A stretch of DNA of 64,000 bases from IMG/VR virus record IMGVR_UViG_3300035659_000003, positions 32,001-96,000 of that record, one strand, 5' to 3'. How positions within the stretch are numbered: the stretch's first letter is position 1; each line of letters starts with the position of its first letter. Position numbers and translations under genes: made by a program. The DNA comes from a virus. This document shows, one piece after another, positions 61,600-64,000 of this stretch. The notes beneath the pieces were generated by a model. That model was given only the letters and a program-made list of their open reading frames with translations. It ran no database searches and was not told the origin of the DNA.

Positions 61600-62526
61600 T
61601 CATCCCTCATGCGTAAAGCCCTCCTCCGCTAGCAACAGCTTATACCACTCAGGGAATCCGGCGGTCGCGATGCGGGTTATCCGCTGCCAAGCCCACCGGA
61701 ACAGCGCGTCCTTGATGGCGTCCTCCTCTTCCTTCAGGACGTCCTCCTTGATCTCCTTCAGCAGCGGGCCGATGTCCTGGGGGGCATGCGTCCGCTCCCC
61801 GCGCTCCTCCATGTGCTGGATCGCCTTGCGCCAGCGTGCCTCGGCGTGAAGGCCTATGCCTATTTGCTCGATGATGTCTTTCGACTGAGGGTTCGCCGCG
61901 CCCCAGGACTCGCGATGGACTTCCTTATAGGCTTCGCTGACGTACTTCCCCATAATGGTCTTCTTGTCCCGCCCGTACAGGCCGTAGGCCTTGATGACCA
62001 CGCCCTCTATCTTGGGGCCACCGAGGAAGGACTCACACGCCAACAGATTATTCAGCGCTTCCATTGAGTCGAATGGCTGGCCCAGCAGTCGTGGTGGCCA
62101 GGTGCCGATATACATCAGAGGCACGCACTCCAGACCGATCCTCGCGCACTCCGCGCGCTTCTCGTCCGGCGTCAGGTAGTCCTCAACCCCTCGGTCGATG
62201 TCAAAGATCACCACGTTCTTCTCAGGCACGCGATCGTAGAAGAGGGCGTTGTGCTTGCGCTTGTTGAGTACCTCGCCTCGGTACACCCAGCCTGGGTGCA
62301 AAGGCAGCTCGCGGACGTTCTCCACCGCCGCCTCGAACATCTTGTCGGGCGCGTCGGTCTGATCTTTGCCCTTGCTGCGGCAGACGAACTCGCCGCCTAC
62401 CGTCTGCATGAAGGAGAACTGACTCCCATCGACCTTCTCCTCCACCACCACGGGGCCGGAGAACAGGTCTCCTAGCTCCCTGTGGCCGAGGGCATAAATC
62501 GAGCTGTAGGACGGAATTGCACCCAT
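61600..62526 (-). CDS. ATP-dependent RNA ligase-like nucleotidyltransferase
   Basis: EEKVDGS (motif I), YRGE (III), IFDI (IIIa), EGVVIK (IV), K (V). Confidence 0.8.
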   Translation of the reverse strand: MGAIPSYSSIYALGHRELGDLFSGPVVVEEKVDGSQFSFMQTVGGEFVCRSKGKDQTDAPDKMFEAAVENVRELPLHPGWVYRGEVLNKRKHNALFYDRVPEKNVVIFDIDRGVEDYLTPDEKRAECARIGLECVPLMYIGTWPPRLLGQPFDSMEALNNLLACESFLGGPKIEGVVIKAYGLYGRDKKTIMGKYVSEAYKEVHRESWGAANPQSKDIIEQIGIGLHAEARWRKAIQHMEERGERTHAPQDIGPLLKEIKEDVLKEEEDAIKDALFRWAWQRITRIATAGFPEWYKLLLAEEGFTHEG

Positions 62527-62892
62527 GCTGGTGGTCTCCTTACTTCGGGCTCTCGATGTTATCGTCTAGCTGCATAGCGTACGCCACCATCCCGCCGTCG
62601 CCGAGGAAGGACACGATCTTGCCTAGCTTCCTCAACCCCACGTAGCAAAGGTGGCACAAGAATATCTTCCGTCCGCACTGCCAATGCCGATAGGCCGCCA
62701 GGCGCTTGCAGAAGAGACAGGGCTGCAAAAGCTCCCCTATCTCAACTGCGCTGTCGATATCAACGGTGTGGAAGATCATTCCTGTCCTTCCGTCGCGGGG
62801 GGAACAGGGTCTTGAACCAGGCGACGACGAGGAGGGCCAGCATCGCGCCGGAGAACAGTGCCAGTGCTGTCCATGCCACGTCGTCAAGATAG

Positions 62893-63150
62893 TCAAACAG
62901 AGGCATCTCGTATCAGCTCCTCTAACCGCGCCACCATCTGTGGGCGGTCTATCTTCGGAACCTCGTCAATCAGCCGTGCGAGTCCTTCCTTGAGCGTGAT
63001 AAGCTGCTTGCCAACCTCGCCGATGATTTCCTGCAGCGCCGCGATGTCGTCGGGGCCGCAGTCGCAGTCTAGCGGGGCGTTCTGTATCCGCTCCTCGGCA
63101 CCTTCCGGCACCGCGTAGCTACGAAGCCGGTCGATCAGCGACAGGCTCAC
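62893..63150 (-). CDS. hypothetical protein
   Basis: 85-aa helical ORF. Confidence 0.5.
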   Translation of the reverse strand: MSLSLIDRLRSYAVPEGAEERIQNAPLDCDCGPDDIAALQEIIGEVGKQLITLKEGLARLIDEVPKIDRPQMVARLEELIRDASV

Positions 63151-63520
63151 GTCCGCGCTCCCGAATGTGGATCACAGGAATACCCGCCTTCTGTGCGCGC
63201 TGCACCATATCGCCCGTGCCAGGCGTGTACTCGGCGGTCGGGGTGAAGGCGATCACCAGGTCAGGGTCACCTTCGTCTAGCATCTGTTGATTGCGGATGA
63301 TGCCCGCCCTCTTGCCATGCTGCGCCCAGTTTGCAGGGAAGGACACCACATCGTAACCTAGCGCGCGTCCGGCCTTGTCCGCCAGCATATCGGCCCCGCG
63401 CGCCGCGCCGTGGATGATGACAATCTCCTGCAAAGGATAGAAAGTACGCACAGCCTCCATGACGCTGTAGAGAAGCTCGTAGTTGGTGAACTCTCGGCTG
63501 CCGCAGACTAGGATTCTCAT
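63119..63520 (-). CDS. SLOG-family (DUF2493/YspA-like) protein
   Basis: MRILVCGSR, IIHGAARGAD, PANW..HGKRAGIIRNQQML, GTGDMV. Confidence 0.85.
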   Translation of the reverse strand: MRILVCGSREFTNYELLYSVMEAVRTFYPLQEIVIIHGAARGADMLADKAGRALGYDVVSFPANWAQHGKRAGIIRNQQMLDEGDPDLVIAFTPTAEYTPGTGDMVQRAQKAGIPVIHIRERGREPVADRPAS

Positions 63521-63708
63521 TCAGATTGCTCCTTCTCCGGCGCGGGCCGCGCGCAATCCTCAATACAGCGCTGGCAACGCCAGTCCCCAGGGTCGTCGTA
63601 GCATTCGCCGAGGTGGTCGTCGCAACAAGCCGTCCAGCAGCGGTCGCAGAAGCCGATTGCCTCATTGTCGCAGAACTCGCAGCGCCCGCAGGGGCCTAGT
63701 TTCGGCAT
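63517..63708 (-). CDS. Cys-rich zinc-finger protein
   Basis: Multiple CxxC motifs in 63 aa. Confidence 0.5.
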   Translation of the reverse strand: MPKLGPCGRCEFCDNEAIGFCDRCWTACCDDHLGECYDDPGDWRCQRCIEDCARPAPEKEQSE

Positions 63709-63938
63709 AGCCTACTCAGTATAACCGCTGCCAGGGATAGAATTGCCAAAAGTGCGAGCACAATTGGCCAGATCGCGGCCAGAAACGCCAACACAAGCCA
63801 GTCAAGGGGCTGGATGGTCGGGGGCTCCTCGCCGGTATTCTGGGCCAGGATCAGCCGCGCTAGCCCGCCGATTACGCCTACTCCGATAAGAAAATAGCCC
63901 GCAACAGCGGCCCCAAACAGCAAGGTAGGTAAAACCAT
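63696..63938 (-). CDS. small membrane protein
   Basis: Two hydrophobic segments; RBS AGGAG. Confidence 0.5.
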   Translation of the reverse strand: MVLPTLLFGAAVAGYFLIGVGVIGGLARLILAQNTGEEPPTIQPLDWLVLAFLAAIWPIVLALLAILSLAAVILSRLCRN

Positions 63939-64000
63939 CCGCTATCTCCTCTGCAGCGCCTGTGTTGGCCGCCGTGTGGCCGCACGTCTTACTTTTTGCG

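Noticed and set aside
77-63710. Numerous plus-strand ORFs in the six-frame track
   Set aside because: They are antisense shadows of minus-strand genes in GC-rich DNA, with no recognisable motifs; the minus-strand genes tile the window almost completely.
1-64000. Prophage boundaries or integrase
   Set aside because: No integrase, att-like duplication or host housekeeping block was seen; the whole window appears viral.

Overview
The window is a 64-kb segment of a large, GC-rich tailed dsDNA virus (Caudoviricetes-type) with bacterial expression signals (AGGAGG RBSs, TATAAT/TG-TATACT promoters, CCA-encoding tRNAs). Essentially all credible genes are on the minus strand. In transcription order (right to left) it holds: SLOG/DUF2493 protein, RNA ligase-like protein, tRNA-Met, DNA adenine methylase, 4 tRNAs, GroES, portal, collagen/fibre genes, HipA/PI3K-like kinase, metallophosphoesterase, RusA, neck protein, a secreted zincin, a 17-kb cluster of six head-associated modular proteins, an about 10-kb block of small accessory genes (ClpP, nucleotide enzymes, homing endonucleases) with three copies of an ECF-sigma-like promoter, tail/fibre genes, a probable lysin, 2 tRNAs, scaffold, major capsid protein, decoration/neck genes, tail tube and tail assembly chaperone. 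The standout feature is 29.9-47.2 kb. It contains an HK97-type prohead protease buried in the middle of a ~1700-aa protein and a MuF-domain protein carrying three ADP-ribosyltransferase-like domains and a zincin. All six proteins are punctuated by hydrophobic-x-K|[A/H/D/G/S/Q] motifs, and many modules begin with one of a few reused peptide tags (KH[DE]TEENPxHSHDP, xYxxxGExPPxGxxxxxGPRGGxYY, KHLPGKHDQKKHG, CPxGxHxHxxxDYCH). I infer a protease-processed, tag-addressed capsid-cargo polyprotein system. All family assignments come from motif recognition by eye; no database searches were run.
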